DNA of 64,000 nt, from the NCBI RefSeq assembly GCF_018977255.1, contig NW_024704742.1, forward strand, positions 136,216,001-136,280,000, in the 5' to 3' direction. Shown here piece after piece: positions 51,218 through 63,875 of the stretch. Position numbers and translations under genes: made by a program. The number at the start of each line of letters is the position of its first letter. Position 1 is the first letter of the stretch. Origin of the DNA: Callorhinchus milii (Eukaryota). The notes below the pieces were generated by a model. The model did not search any database and was not told the origin of the DNA. It worked only from the letters and a program-made list of their open reading frames with translations.

Positions 51218-53153
51218 ACTGGTAACCAATTGGGTACAGCAGTGGCCCACAAACAATCGCAGATTAGACATAATCTAATGCAGCAATAAATAATTAAATT
51301 AAGGAAAGATAAATAAATTCATAAATAATAACTCAGGACTTGAATACTTTACCTAGCAACTTCCAAAGGTTCATATATAATGTAAGCGTACACAAACCAA
51401 CATTATCATGGCTGCCAAATCTACTTCCAGTAAGTGGTAAGAAAAAACAATCTATTCAGTGGTTACAGTACTCGCCTCGTAAGCGAAAGACCCGTGTTCG
51501 ATTCCCGGCAGGACGAAACATTGGGCAAGTTACACTCTTCTGTTTACCTAGCAGTAAGTAGGAACCTGGTTGTTAGTCGATTGGCGGATACAGTTAAATC
51601 ACTTTACAGTATATTCTGTGAAGCGCTTTGAGACATCTCAAAGACGTGATAAGCCACAATATCAAATGCATGGACTATTATTATTTCCTCATTGCAGTCA
51701 ACGTTTGTTTTCTCTAGTCATGATCTTGCTTTCCTCATGAACTTACATTTTATACTGATACAACAACTTTCATGTGGGGAGATTATCTCAAAGCACTTTA
51801 CACAACTGACTGGGAGCCTGAGCCTGGGGGAGTGGGGAGGAACAGCTAAGGAGGGGATGGGAATGTCTGAACGTACTGGTTCAAGATGGTGACAAGACCA
51901 AGAAGATTAACTTTAAAGAAGTTGACCAAGTAAAAGAATTTGGGGAGAGTTTAAAGAGTGTGGGGTCTGAAGTGATATTGTCTGAAGACTCACTGACAGA
52001 GAGTAGAATGGAGGGCAAATGGATCGAGAGGCAGATTAGAGTCATAGGGTTTAGTCAGGCAAAAGACCTGGAGAGGTACGGAGAGACAGGATCCACATAC
52101 GTTAAGGATTGTGTATGAGTTGATGCAATGTAATGCATTTTGGTTCAGTTAAAAAGAACAATTTTCCAAAATGTTCTGTAGTTCGCATCATACCTGAGCT
52201 AACAACAACAGCAAGTTGTATTTGCATATTGCCCTTTACACTGGGCAGCGTCTCAGAGCGCTTAACAGTGGCGGAGCCTGACGCCGAGCTGGGGGAGGGA
52301 GACCGTAAGCACGGTCGAAGAGGAAGGTCTTCAGTCGTGATCTAAGAGGAGAAGAATGAGGCAAGGCTCTCTGTGATGGGGAGCCAGTGGAGCCTGGCAA
52401 ATGTTATGGGGGTGATGTAGTTTAGTATGGGTGAGAATATGGGCATCTACTAGTGTCTGGAACCTCACAAACAAAAGAAATAGGCATTTGCAGACGCAGG
52501 TTTATCCAACCCCTATATTCCTACTGGTGCCCGAAAACAACATGAATTGAGAAGCAGAGAACCCATGGCAACAAATCCCACAGCTGTTTTCACACCAGCA
52601 GCTGCAATTTAAACAAAACTGGTTTGTTCGTTTGGTAAAAAAAATTCTAGTTTTCTTTTTTACAAAAAAGATATTTAGTTTTGCCCACTGCTTCAATGCA
52701 GATCAGGAATGCAGTGCAGTCTACAGATAACTTCTGGAAACAATGCAGCTACAGGGGTTCAGTAATAACCAGAACATCTTGTGTCAAATGCAGTATATGA
52801 GAGTAAACCTGCGGAGTCACTTTTCTCCAAATCTGTCTACAATAGCAGCCTGCGTTATGTAGTGCCCTTCACTTAGAGATGGCGTCTGGGAGCACTCTAC
52901 AGTCTGACGCCAAGCAGGGGAGAGGGGGAAGTTAACATAAGAAAGGTCAAAGAGACAAGTCTTAAAGACTGATAGAGAGCGTGAGACAGAGGAGTGAAAG
53001 AGGGAGGTCCAGAGGTTAGCAGCATATAATCGGAAAGCACAGCCACCATCAGTGGTGGCGGGAAACCTACAGTAAATACGAGTACGTTGAGTGAAGAGTT
53101 CAAGCAAAGAAGTGGGGTAGGAGTAGACTAGAGAGACGGGGCAGTGCAAGAGG

Positions 53154-53479
53154 ATAATAATAATAATAATAATCCTTGCATTTGATATAGCGCTTTTCAC
53201 GTCGAGAGGACGTCCCAAAGCGCTTCACAGAACACACTGTAAAGTGAATTGACTGTATATTTGTGGGTGAACGCGGCAGCCAATTGCGCACAGCAATGTC
53301 CCACAAACAGTCGTGGATTGAAAATGACCAATTTATTATTGTTTTGTTTTGGAGGGATTATTATTAGGCTCTGTGTGGAGTAAGGAAACTTGCCCAAGGT
53401 TTCACCCTCTGCCTGGAATTGAACGCAAGTCTCTCTCTTGCAAAGCGAGTGCTCTAACCACTGAGCTACAGGACTCCAC
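53154..53479 (-). mobile_element. Young tRNA-headed Deu-type SINE, full-length
   Basis: Near-identical reverse complement of 34641-34967. Confidence 0.92.
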
Positions 53480-55877
53480 AAGTAAAAGTAATATGCAGGT
53501 GAGGATCTTGAAATTGAAATGTTGAGAGACAGTGGAATCTGGCAAGGACTGGGGTTCGGGCATAGACATAGATGGAGTTTTGAATAAGTTTTTGATAAAA
53601 TTAGTCATTCACTTTATGACTGTGCTACCTTATTCACCTAGAAATACAGTTGAGGTCATATAATGTTAAGTCGCCTCATGTTAAAATCAGCATAATATTA
53701 TACTAGGGCCATGCTTGGTAGGTTTTGTTAAGCGCTCTGGGACGCTACCCTATGTGAGGGGAGCTAGATAAATGCAAGTTATTGTACACATTTGAGTTTG
53801 CATTATGTTATACCATCACTCTGACATATGAAATCAGAAACAGAGAGACAAGTGGATAGTCCAATGAGAAGAGGCTGTTACAGTACAGTAGTTTAGTGCC
53901 CATAGTGGATTTTTTTGTGGATTCAATTTTGAAGATAAAAAACTAAATTACTGATTTATTTTTTTAAAACTGTAGTGAAATTAATGAGTTTTTTTTTTAA
54001 AGAACTTATCCTTGAAATTGTAAATGCCTTCAGAACAGTCTGGACAGGTTTGTAAGTGTTTATAAGGGAAGCTGCCCTATTGTTATCGTATGTCTACTGT
54101 TATAATTGTGTCCCGTCCAACGAAGTATAACTTTAAGCAGACTCGACTGTACCAACAATAACTTGCATTTATATAGCCCCCTTCACGCCAGACGTTGCGT
54201 TGGAGTGCTTACCCGGTCACTACTACAAAGTAAAATCACAGTAAATCCTGCTCCATCATTTGGCTCGGCAAAATACTAAACAATGCATTTCTACACTAAC
54301 GTGACACTTTTACTCCTCACTCAAGGTTGTACACAGTACTACCTTGTATATCTAGCCCACAAAATACACTCAAATATTTTTCCTTTCGGGTACCAAATCA
54401 CAGAAATTACAATAAGAGTATTGCACGCATTAAGCCAAAACTGATGCTAGCTCCTCCTCTAGACATACATGTTCTCATCCCAACTATTTATTTGATCAAT
54501 AAGTTAATCCTCCATTTTTTCTCCTCACAGAGTATCTGAGATCCATAAATAAATCACTCTACCACTCAAGTATGGATATCCATCTCCGGAAGAAATCTAT
54601 GTTTCTGATTCCCTCCAGCAAGACAAAGAGCGTTTAAATTAAGGGTCTTCGTGTAGCAGACACGAGTAAAGATTTCAAATACCCAATTACAAAGTCCAAA
54701 CAAGATCAAATACTCATCATGTGTCACTGTACAGATAAACAAAGATGACAAATACTCACACAGACACACACACACACACACAGATGACACACACAAAATT
54801 CATAAGACTGAAATATACCATTTGGAAAATGACATAGAATTAGCTGCATCACAAGACATGTTTATATCGGTTATGTTTATATTGGTTTATGCTGATATGG
54901 GGGGAAAAAAAACTTTTTCCAAAAAAGAAACTATTCTGAGAACGGACATTTTAAGAGCAAAAACAAGATCCACATTTGCAACTAAACGGTTGTCAGAGCT
55001 CAGAAGGTTTTCAACCTCTTAATTTGCTGTTGGGAAATGCAAGATTCCTGGACGCCAGAAGACGACTCCAAGTGGATTTGACAGTGAAAAATATGCATTT
55101 CCCCCCAACCACAAGCGACGACCACTCTTTTTCGAAACACGTACTTTTTTGTGACCCCCCCCAAAAAAAATAGCTCACACGTCAGGGGCTCTGTTAAATA
55201 TCTCACACACACACACACACAGATCCCACTGTTCCAAAATAAATCAGAAAGGCTCACTCGCTGTCTGTCTGTCTGTCATCATTGAGAGGCCGTTTAACTT
55301 GAGCACAACACCGAAATTGGTGGGTCCTCTCCTAATCCCGAACGGGATCAGGAAAATACAAACATAAACAAACCTCAAGCACAGGACACACACACACACA
55401 CACACACACAACAGATGGGTGGATTCAGTGCTACAGGAAAGGCTTCTTCTCACAACCCACAGCCACAGCCACACAGACGCCCCTTATACCCCCTCTATCC
55501 TTTATTTTTTTAAAAATATATATATATATATAATAAAATGCGTCCCGCGGAGAAGCGAACTGAGATCGTGAGGGGGGGAAGGGGGTGGTGGGGTGAGGGT
55601 GAGGGGGGGAGGGGTGGGGGGGGAGTGGGGGAGAAGGTAAAGCAACTTCACACAGAACTGCGCCCGGTCTCTATAACTTGCTCTCGAGACGCCTTCGAGG
55701 CCTCTTTTTATAGGGACTGATTTATTGATTGGACACAACACACACAAAAAAAATCAAAGGCCCGACCCAGACCTCGGGCTCGCCCGGGCTGCGCTTCCCG
55801 GCCCCTGACACAAACTGTTCGGCGGGGAGGGGGGGGGGTTGGGGAGAGACAATGGGTTCGCCAACGGCCTCCTTTAC

Positions 55878-56140
55878 CTTCTGCCTTTCGCCTCCTGGCG
55901 GGCGCTGTACCACAAGTCCCTCCACCAACTCGAGCGCCAGGCTTCCCCCCGGGGCCCTAGGCCATCCCTCCTCCCACAGGTTTGTGCGTCTATTGTTTGT
56001 AATGGTTGCCGCCGCCGCCTCCTCCTTCCTTCCCTCCCTCCTCCTTCTCCTCCTCCTCCTCGGAGCCCCCGACGCCGCCGCCCTCTCTCTTCCTCTTCCT
56101 CTCTCTCTCTCTCTCTCCGACGCCGTTGCGCTATTTTTTT
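55878..56140 (-). other. SMAD4: Probable SMAD4 non-coding exon 1 (5' end approximate)
   Basis: Purine/GGC-rich leader ending in donor GCAGAAG/GTAAAG at 55878/55877 inside the CpG island. Confidence 0.6.
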
Positions 56141-56224
56141 TGTTAAAAGAGGATTAAAACATGGCGGAGGGTGCGGCGCATGCGCCCCAGGCCGACGTCG
56201 CCGAAATGCCTGAGAGCCGAGCGC

Positions 56225-56396
56225 GTTCGGCTGTCTCCGGCACAGGGTTCGGCTATTTCCGGCACGGGGTTCGGCTATTTCCGGCACAGGGTTCGGCTAT
56301 CTCCGGCACAGGGGTCAGCTATCTCCGGCACAGGGTTCGGCTATCTCCGGCACGGGGTTCGGCTATTTCCGGCACAGGGCTCGGCTATCTCCGGCA
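56225..56396. repeat. 22-bp tandem repeat, ~7.8 copies of GTTCGGCTATYTCCGGCACRGG
   Basis: Units start at 56225, 56247, 56269, 56291, 56313, 56335, 56357, 56379. Confidence 0.95.
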
Positions 56397-58041
56397 ACCG
56401 AGGGCCAGATCCCCAGGTTAAATGCATCTCCATCACTACACCCATGTCACCAATGGGAGAAAATAATAATCATAATAATAATAATAATAATTTACTGTTT
56501 GTGGGACCGCCGCGGGGCGCAACCGGCTGCCGCGTTTCACCCACCCGCGAAATATCCTTTTACACAAATAGAATTTTTTGGGGTTGTTGTTTGGGGTATA
56601 TTCCCAGCAGCGCTTTGAAAGATCTCTCAACGACGCGATAAGGGGCTTTTATCAAATTCAAGGATTATTATTATCTCCGAAGGACATTGCCCTACACAAG
56701 TTCATACTGTGGCACAATCCTACAATTCCCCCCCCACCCGCCCTCTTAATTATTTGTTTGAAAACTAGCCTCATCTTTACACAGAGGATAGTCAACAAAT
56801 TAGTTGCTCGGCTGGAACTCTTTGAGTAATAGCTCAAGGCTATTATTCTGGAATAATATATTCAAAAGCTCTCCATGGCTCAGCCCTCTCTTGTGATCTG
56901 GTCACTTTGGAACGAACAAACGCTCCCTGAAAATCATCTTTTTATGAGCTTGATGTAAAGTAAAACTCATGAAAGTTTTTATCTACTGCTGTACTACACG
57001 CGAAAAATCTAACTCTCAGAGCGCAAAACTGAAACGTGCATTTCAAAATATTTCATAAAATAAATGGTTTAAAAATCATTCCAGTAACTGCAAGTTTTCA
57101 TACCTAACGCAGGTTTGTAGGTAATATGAACAACTTTACTTTTTATTTCAGATTTCTAGCATTTTTTGCATTTTCTTTTATCTACTTTGCTCATAATCCG
57201 CCCCAATTAAGCCACATACCCTATAGTTTTTCTGAGCCTTTTCCTTTTCTCGTACATAGAAATGGAAGTTGAGCCAGTTCCAACATTAACATTAATCCAA
57301 TTAAATTAAAATTAACATTTTAATCCAATTTCATTTCTTTATTTCCATATCCCTTAATATTCTTACTTCCCAAGTCAATTTCTGGCTTTGCACAAGCACC
57401 TACTGTACTGGTACATAAACAATTCAATCCCATTAACAGAAGACAACTCCAATCTGCGCTGTAAATTACTATGATTTTATCTCACCATTTGTCATCTATA
57501 ACAACAATAAAAGTATATTTATAAAGTGCTTTTCATGTCGGGAGGACGTCCCAAGCACTGAACAGTCGGTGATCAGGACCCGACTGTGAGGGGAGCAGCG
57601 TTGGGATGAGGGTGGCTGAAGGCAAGGTCAAAAAGGAGGGTCTTGAGTCGTGCCTTGAAGGAGACAAGGGAGAGAGCAAGGCAACGGGTGGGGGCAGAGA
57701 GGATGAAGTCCGGCCGCCAATGGTAGGGCAGATCGCGGGGGAGACATGGAGCAGCCCGGAGCCTGCTGAATGAAGGGAGCGGACAGGTTGATAGGGCGTC
57801 AGTAGACCAGAGATGTAGGAGGGCGCAAAGCCGTGGAAGGCCTTGAAAGTGAGAACGAAGATTTTGAATTCTATCCTCTGAGGGATGGGGAGCCAGTGGA
57901 GCCGGGCGAGGATGAGGGTGATGGGATCATGGAGCCTGGTGTGGGAGAGGACATGAGCTGCGAAGTTCTGGATCATCTGCAGCTTGTGGAGAAGTGTAGG
58001 GGAGGCCGTCAAGGAGGGAGTTTCCGTAGTCGAGCCTTGAA

Positions 58042-58371
58042 GTGGAGTCCTGTAGCTCAGTGGTTAGAGCACTCGCTTTGCAAGTGAGAGACCGGAGTTC
58101 AATTCCAGGCAGAGGGCGAAACCTCGGGCAAGTTTCCTTACTCCACACAGAGCCTAATAATAATCCCTCCAAAACCCAAAACCAAAATAAATTGGTCATT
58201 TTCAATCTACGACTGTTTGTAGGACATTGCTGTGCGCAATTGGCTGCCGCGTTCGCCCACAAATATACAGTCAATTCACTTTACAGTGTGTTTTGTGAAG
58301 CACTTTGGGACGTCCTCCCGACGTGAAAAGCGCTATATCAAATGCAAGGATTATTATTATTATTATTATTA
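58042..58371 (+). mobile_element. Young tRNA-headed Deu-type SINE, full-length
   Basis: Same family as 34641-34967. Confidence 0.92.
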
Positions 58372-58753
58372 TAAATGTGTGTATGAGTATTTCGGCGGCC
58401 TGAGGGGTGAGGCAGTGGCGGAGTTGGATAATATTGAGGAGGTGAGGGAAGGCAGAGCTGATCATGGTACGGATGTGGGATAGAAGGACAGTTCAGGGTC
58501 AAACAAGACACCAAGGTTACAGACTGGCTCAGTAAGGTGGAGTTTGCATCCTTGGATGGTGATGCTGTCCGTGCCTGAGGTGTGAAGGCGCCATTGGTAG
58601 CTAATCAGGAGAGCCTCGGTCTTATTGACGTTCAACTGTAGAAAGTTAGCTTTCATCCAGGACTTGATGTCTCACAGACATTCTGTCAGTACAGCAGTGG
58701 CCCTTGAGTCGAGGATGGAGACAGAGAGATGGAATTGGGTGTTATCCGCACAC

Positions 58754-59072
58754 ATAATAATAATCCTTGCATTTGATATAGCGCTTTTCACGTCTTCTAA
58801 ACGTCCCAAAGCGCTTCACAGAACACACTGTAAAGTGAATTGACTGTATATTTGTGGGCGAACGCGGCAGCCAATTGCGCACAGCAATGTCCCACAAACA
58901 GTCGTAGATTGAAGATGACCAATTTATTATTGTTTTTGGCTTTGGAGGGATTATTATTAGGCTCTGTGTGGAGTAAGGAAACTTGCCCAAGGTTTCGCCC
59001 TCTGCCTGGAATTGAACTCAGGTCTCTCGCTTGCGAAGCGAGTGCTCTAACCACTGAGCTACAGGACTCCAC
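58754..59072 (-). mobile_element. Young tRNA-headed Deu-type SINE, full-length
   Basis: Same family, inverted relative to 58042-58371. Confidence 0.92.
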
Positions 59073-59087
59073 TGTGGAATTTAACCG

Positions 59088-59325
59088 TAGAATCATAGAA
59101 TTATACAGCACAGAAGGAGGCCATTCGGCCCATCGTGTCTGTGCCGGCTCTTTGAAAAGAACTATCTAATTCAATTCCACTACCCACTTTCTCCCCATGG
59201 CCCTGCAAACTTGTCCTCTCCAAATAATTACCTACTTCTCTCTTAAAAGTTTTTATCGAATCAGGCAATGCATTACAGATCCCAACAACTCGCTGCGTGA
59301 AAAAAATTCTCCTCACCTCCCCTCT
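59088..59325 (-). mobile_element. CR1-type LINE 3' end
   Basis: RRIFFTQRVVGICNALPDSIKTFKREV; tail GATGGGCCGAATGGCCTCCTTCTGTGCTGTATAATTCTATGATTCTA. Confidence 0.8.
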
Positions 59326-59869
59326 GGGCGAAGGACAGAACCTGAGAACGACGCCCGAGATGGTGCGGGGCTTAGAGGAGAAGCTGTCCGTGGAGATGAA
59401 GTGGAGACCGTGTGAGAGGTAGGATCTTTACCAGTCAAAGACAGAACCATGAAGATTGATGTGAGAGGAGAGGTGGTGGAAGAGGTCAGAGTGTGAAAGG
59501 GAGGGAGAGTTGAAGGGGTAAGCAACCAGAATCTCAGGGTTGTGCTTGCACACAGAACAGAGGTTGTTCGGCAAATCCATCACCCAATTTGTGTTTGGTC
59601 TCCCCAATGTAGAGGAGACCGCATTGTGAGAAATGAATACAGTATACTACATTGGTGGTAATTCCATTATACTACTTGTGACTTTCTACTTTAACTTACT
59701 TTCTGTCTTGCAACACATTATCAACATGACTATGTTTAATTACAATCCCCTGCAACCTGGGCCATAATCTTAAAACACTTAGTTGGGGTTTAGATGAACA
59801 AGTTAGAAAGCCACAAAGCACTCTGTATTCTGTCCATTGTCAACAGGTTGAAAACTACAAAACCACTGA

Positions 59870-60455
59870 TAACAACAATAAGATTACATTTGTATTACGC
59901 CTTTCACATTGGGAGGACAGTATACAGTATTTCAGACCCGAATTGGGGTCAGTGGGGGAGAAGGGAGGGGAGGGGAAGGGGGGTGACCGATGGCATGGTC
60001 GAAGAGGAGGTTTTTGAGGGGGGACTTGAAGGAGGCTAAGGAGGGGGTGAGGTGGAGTGACTGGGGGATAGAATTCCAGAGGTTGGGGGCAGAGTGGCTG
60101 AAGGCTCTCCCGCCAATGGTGGGGCGGGTGGGTCGGGGGACGTGGAGCAGGCTGGAGCCGGCTGAGCGGAGGGAGCGGGCGGGTTGGTAGGGGGTTAGGA
60201 GGTCCCAGAGGTAGGGTGGGGCGAGGCCATGGAGGGCTTTGTAGGTGAGGACCAGGATCTTGAACTGGATCCTCTGAAGGATAGGCAGCCGATGGAGTCG
60301 GGCGAGAATGGGGGCAATGGGGTCGCGGAGTTTGGTGCGGGAGAGGACACGGGCTGCAGAGTTCTGGATTATCCGGAGCCTGCGGAGGGAGGAGTTGGGA
60401 AGGCCGTCAAGCAGAACGTTTGCATAGTCGAGCCTGCGGTGATGAAGGCATGAAC
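59870..60455 (-). mobile_element. L2 LINE 3' fragment, ORF still open
   Basis: [76 protein letters not shown]. Confidence 0.92.
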
Positions 60456-61102
60456 AAGAGTTTGAAACATTGTTAGTGTTTGTGAAGGGGAAAAAATCAC
60501 TGGCTTTTATGGTTAATGGCAATCAACCTATATGTAAAGGGAGCTAACAATTGAGAGGAGAGACCATAGAGATTATATACAAAATATACAGTTAATTCAC
60601 TTCACAGTGTATTCTGTGAAGGGCTTTGAGAAGTCTCGAATACGTGATAAGGCGCTATATCAAATGCAAGGATTCTTATTATTAAAGGGCAGAATAGAGC
60701 AATTTGAAATGACAACATATAAACTCTACGTGTACTCCATGTTCACTGGTGTTTTCAATAGCTGCTTAACCCACTTGAAAATGAGAGGCATTGATGTGAC
60801 TTCAACAGCCAACAATAGTTTCACATCAATACTTATTTAGGAGATTTTTCAAAGGAAATAATCAAATGGTGTGTATAGAGGTGAAAGTCACCTTTCATTG
60901 CTGTGAAGGAGTATTGAAGCATTTTCCACTCAATTTAACAAAGTGTGTGTGTGTTTTTAAATCAGACACTTCAAGTAAATGGAATCCCATTTTCAACATT
61001 CATACAATTTATGATCCTCAGTTATAGACACAAACTGTTATTCATGGGCCAAATTCTGCGCTGTATTTTCTTCAATAATATACCATTTGGTTCAGCATCT
61101 CA

Positions 61103-61825
61103 CCAACAACAACAAGATTCCATTTATAGAGCGCCCTTCACGTCGGGAGGACGTCCCAAGGCGCTGTACAGTTGGGTCAGGACCCGAGCAGGGGGGAAAT
61201 GGTCAGGGTGAGGGGAGGGAGCGAGGAGGGGGTAGGGAGTCGAGAGGGGAGCTGAAGGCTGAAGGTCAAAGAGAAAAGTCTTGAGACCGGCCTTGAAGGA
61301 GGAAAGGGAGGAGGCGGCGAAGGCACTGGGGGATGGAGTTCCAGAGCCTGGGGGCTGAGAGGCTGAAGGCCTGGCCACCGATGGTAGGGCGGTTGGGGCG
61401 GGGGATGTGGAGCAGACCGGAGCCAGAGGAACGGAGGGTACGGGCAGGTAAGTAGGGGGATAGTAGGTCGGAGAGGTAGGAGGGAGCGAGGCCGTGAATG
61501 GCCTTGTAGGTGAGGATGAGGATCTTGAATTCGATCCTCTGGGGGATGGGGAGCCAGTGGAGGGGAGCGAGGGTGGGAGTGATGTGGTCGCGAAGACTGG
61601 TGCGGGACAGTACACGAGCTGCAGAGTTCTGAATGACCTGCAGTGTGGAGGGAGGTAGCGGGAAGGCCGGCGAGGAGAGAGTTCCCATAGTCCAGCCTTG
61701 AGGTGATAAAGGCGTGGACCAGAGTTTCAGCCGCGTGAGGGGTGAGGTAGTGCCGTAGTCTGGCGATATTCCGGAGGTGATGGAAGGCGGTGCCAGTTGT
61801 GGCGCGGATATGAGGGAGAAAGGAC
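61103..61825 (-). mobile_element. L2 LINE 3' fragment
   Basis: [48 protein letters not shown] plus tail. Confidence 0.9.
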
Positions 61826-63555
61826 AGTGTTGAGGCATCTCAAAGCACTTCAAAGGATTTATTGTAAAATGGTGTGATTGTGTATTTTGTGGGAGAACAT
61901 AACAGCCAATTTATGTACCGTAATGGCCCACAAGCAGCTATGGAGTGAGAAACCAATATTATTTCAGGGATTGTTGGCCACTACACAAAGATAAACTTCC
62001 CTATTTTTTGAATAGTGCCATGGGATCTTAGTGCCATGGAATCTTGCCATCCACCCAAACAGGCAGATGGGACCTTGCTTTAACATCTCACCTGAAGGAC
62101 AGCATCTCGACAATACAACACATTCTCGGATTGATCAGCCTAGACTATATGGATCCCAGGTCTGCCCATCTCTCCAACTCGGTTGTGAATGCTACCAACT
62201 GAACCAGACTGACAGTTGTTAATATATCTGGGACCTGCTCACTCCATACACACCTGTCCGTTCCCTGCGTTCAGCTGGCTCAGGCCTGCTCCATGTCTCC
62301 TGCCACGTCTGCCCCACCATCGGTGGTTGGCCTTTCTACTCCCACCCTTTGCAGCTTCATCCCATTGTCCCTTCCCCTCCTTCAAGACCGTCCTCTTCGA
62401 CCACGCCTTCGGTCACCCTCCACCCGTCCTGATCCCAACCCCAGCTCAAGTCCAAATCCATGACTGTCCAGTGCCTTGGGACGTCCTCCCGATGTGAAAG
62501 GCCCTGTACAAGTGTAATTTGTTGTTTTGATTTAATACTATTTCAATATCTGATTATCTTCATCTTCAAAAGTCTTAACTTTTTTTCGCCAATTTACTTC
62601 TCCTAACATCTGCTGTGGAGAAGTTCCAAGGTTACCAACCACCCAAGTTGACTTGAGCATTCCCTTTTATATAAAGTCTCAGATAATTCTCTAATTCTCA
62701 TTTTAAAGCTATTATGGATTCAACCAATCATTGTTATAAGGACATTGCATAACACACTGCGGCAAATCAATTTTCACCTGAAAAAATATAGTGGCAAACA
62801 GCCATGGAGTGATGACCAATATCCGGAGGATTGTCGGCCAGGACACCAGGAATAGCTCCCTTCACTTTTCAATGCCACAGGATCTTTAATGTCATGAAGG
62901 GCCGTCAGGAAATCAGTTTCATGACTCATCCAAGAACAGCACCTCCCATAACCCAGCAAAACTGATGTGTCATCTGACATACAAGGTTTGAATCGCCAAT
63001 CTTTTGACACAAGTAGTATCAGTTGACACCATAATCTGCATTTGCTTCTTCTTGAACATCCCAGTAAAACCATTTACCTTCAGCGAATATTAGCCTCTTC
63101 CTACCAACTCGTCCGCAGTCTGCGTTTTCTCATTTTTTCCCTGCTACTTCAGTCCTGCCCGAAATCTTAACTAGTCTTTCTGTTTTGGATGCCGATCGAC
63201 TTCAAGCGTTTGTTGCGTTCTGTCAACATCTCTAATTTTGCTTCACTCTTGGTGATTTTGTTCCTATCTTCTAGTCATGCAATCCTGGTTTGAGTTAAAT
63301 AAATTCCCCAAATATGCGATGAATTAGATGCATCTGCAAAAGTGGGAGGATGGTTAAGACATTTTAAGATTCTCGGCTCTAAAATATACTTTCATTTCTG
63401 AAAATAAAGTGAATCCATTAAAGTTTAGAAATGCATACAATACAAAAATTATATTTGTTTAGCACCTTTCACGACGGAAGGACGTCCCAAGACGCTGGAC
63501 CTGAGCCTGTATATACAGGACCCTTCACCCAGGGCAGCGACTTGGAGCGCTTAAC

Positions 63556-63875
63556 AATAATAATAATCCTTGCATTTGATATAGCGCTTTTCACGTCAGG
63601 AGGACGTCCCAAAGCGCTTCACAGAACACACTGTAAAGTGAATTGACTGTATATTTGTGGGCGAACGCGGCAGCCAATTGCGCACACTGATGCCCCAGGA
63701 ACAGTCGTGGATTCAAAATTACCAATTTCTTATTGATTTTTGTTTTGGAGGGTTTATTATTAGACTCTGTGTGGAGTAAGGAAACTTGCCCAAGGTTTCG
63801 CCCTCTGCCTGGAATTGAACTCAGGTCTCTCGTTTGCAAAGCGAGTGTTCTAATCACTGAGCTACAGGACTCCAC
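63556..63875 (-). mobile_element. Young tRNA-headed Deu-type SINE, full-length, with target-site duplication TTAAC(A)
   Basis: Same family; flanks gcgcTTAAC|aataat.. and ..ctccac|TTAACagtggcgg. Confidence 0.9.

Larger units (their letters stand above)
55540..56560. promoter_or_regulatory. SMAD4: CpG island / SMAD4 promoter with YY1-like (AAACATGGCGG 56157-56167) and NRF1-like (GCGCATGCGC 56176-56185) motifs
   Basis: Sharp rise in CpG density ~10 kb upstream of the first coding exon; motifs read directly. Confidence 0.8.
57500..59525 (-). mobile_element. L2 LINE fragment hosting two SINEs and a CR1 piece
   Basis: [30 protein letters not shown] and WMKANFLQLNVNKTEALLI; L2 sequence resumes after each insert (58372-58753, ~59327-59525). 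Confidence 0.85.

Noticed and set aside
59932..60522. 196-aa ORF (and similar ones at 40081, 49238, 57533, 61266)
   Set aside because: C-terminal pieces of L2 ORF2, not host genes
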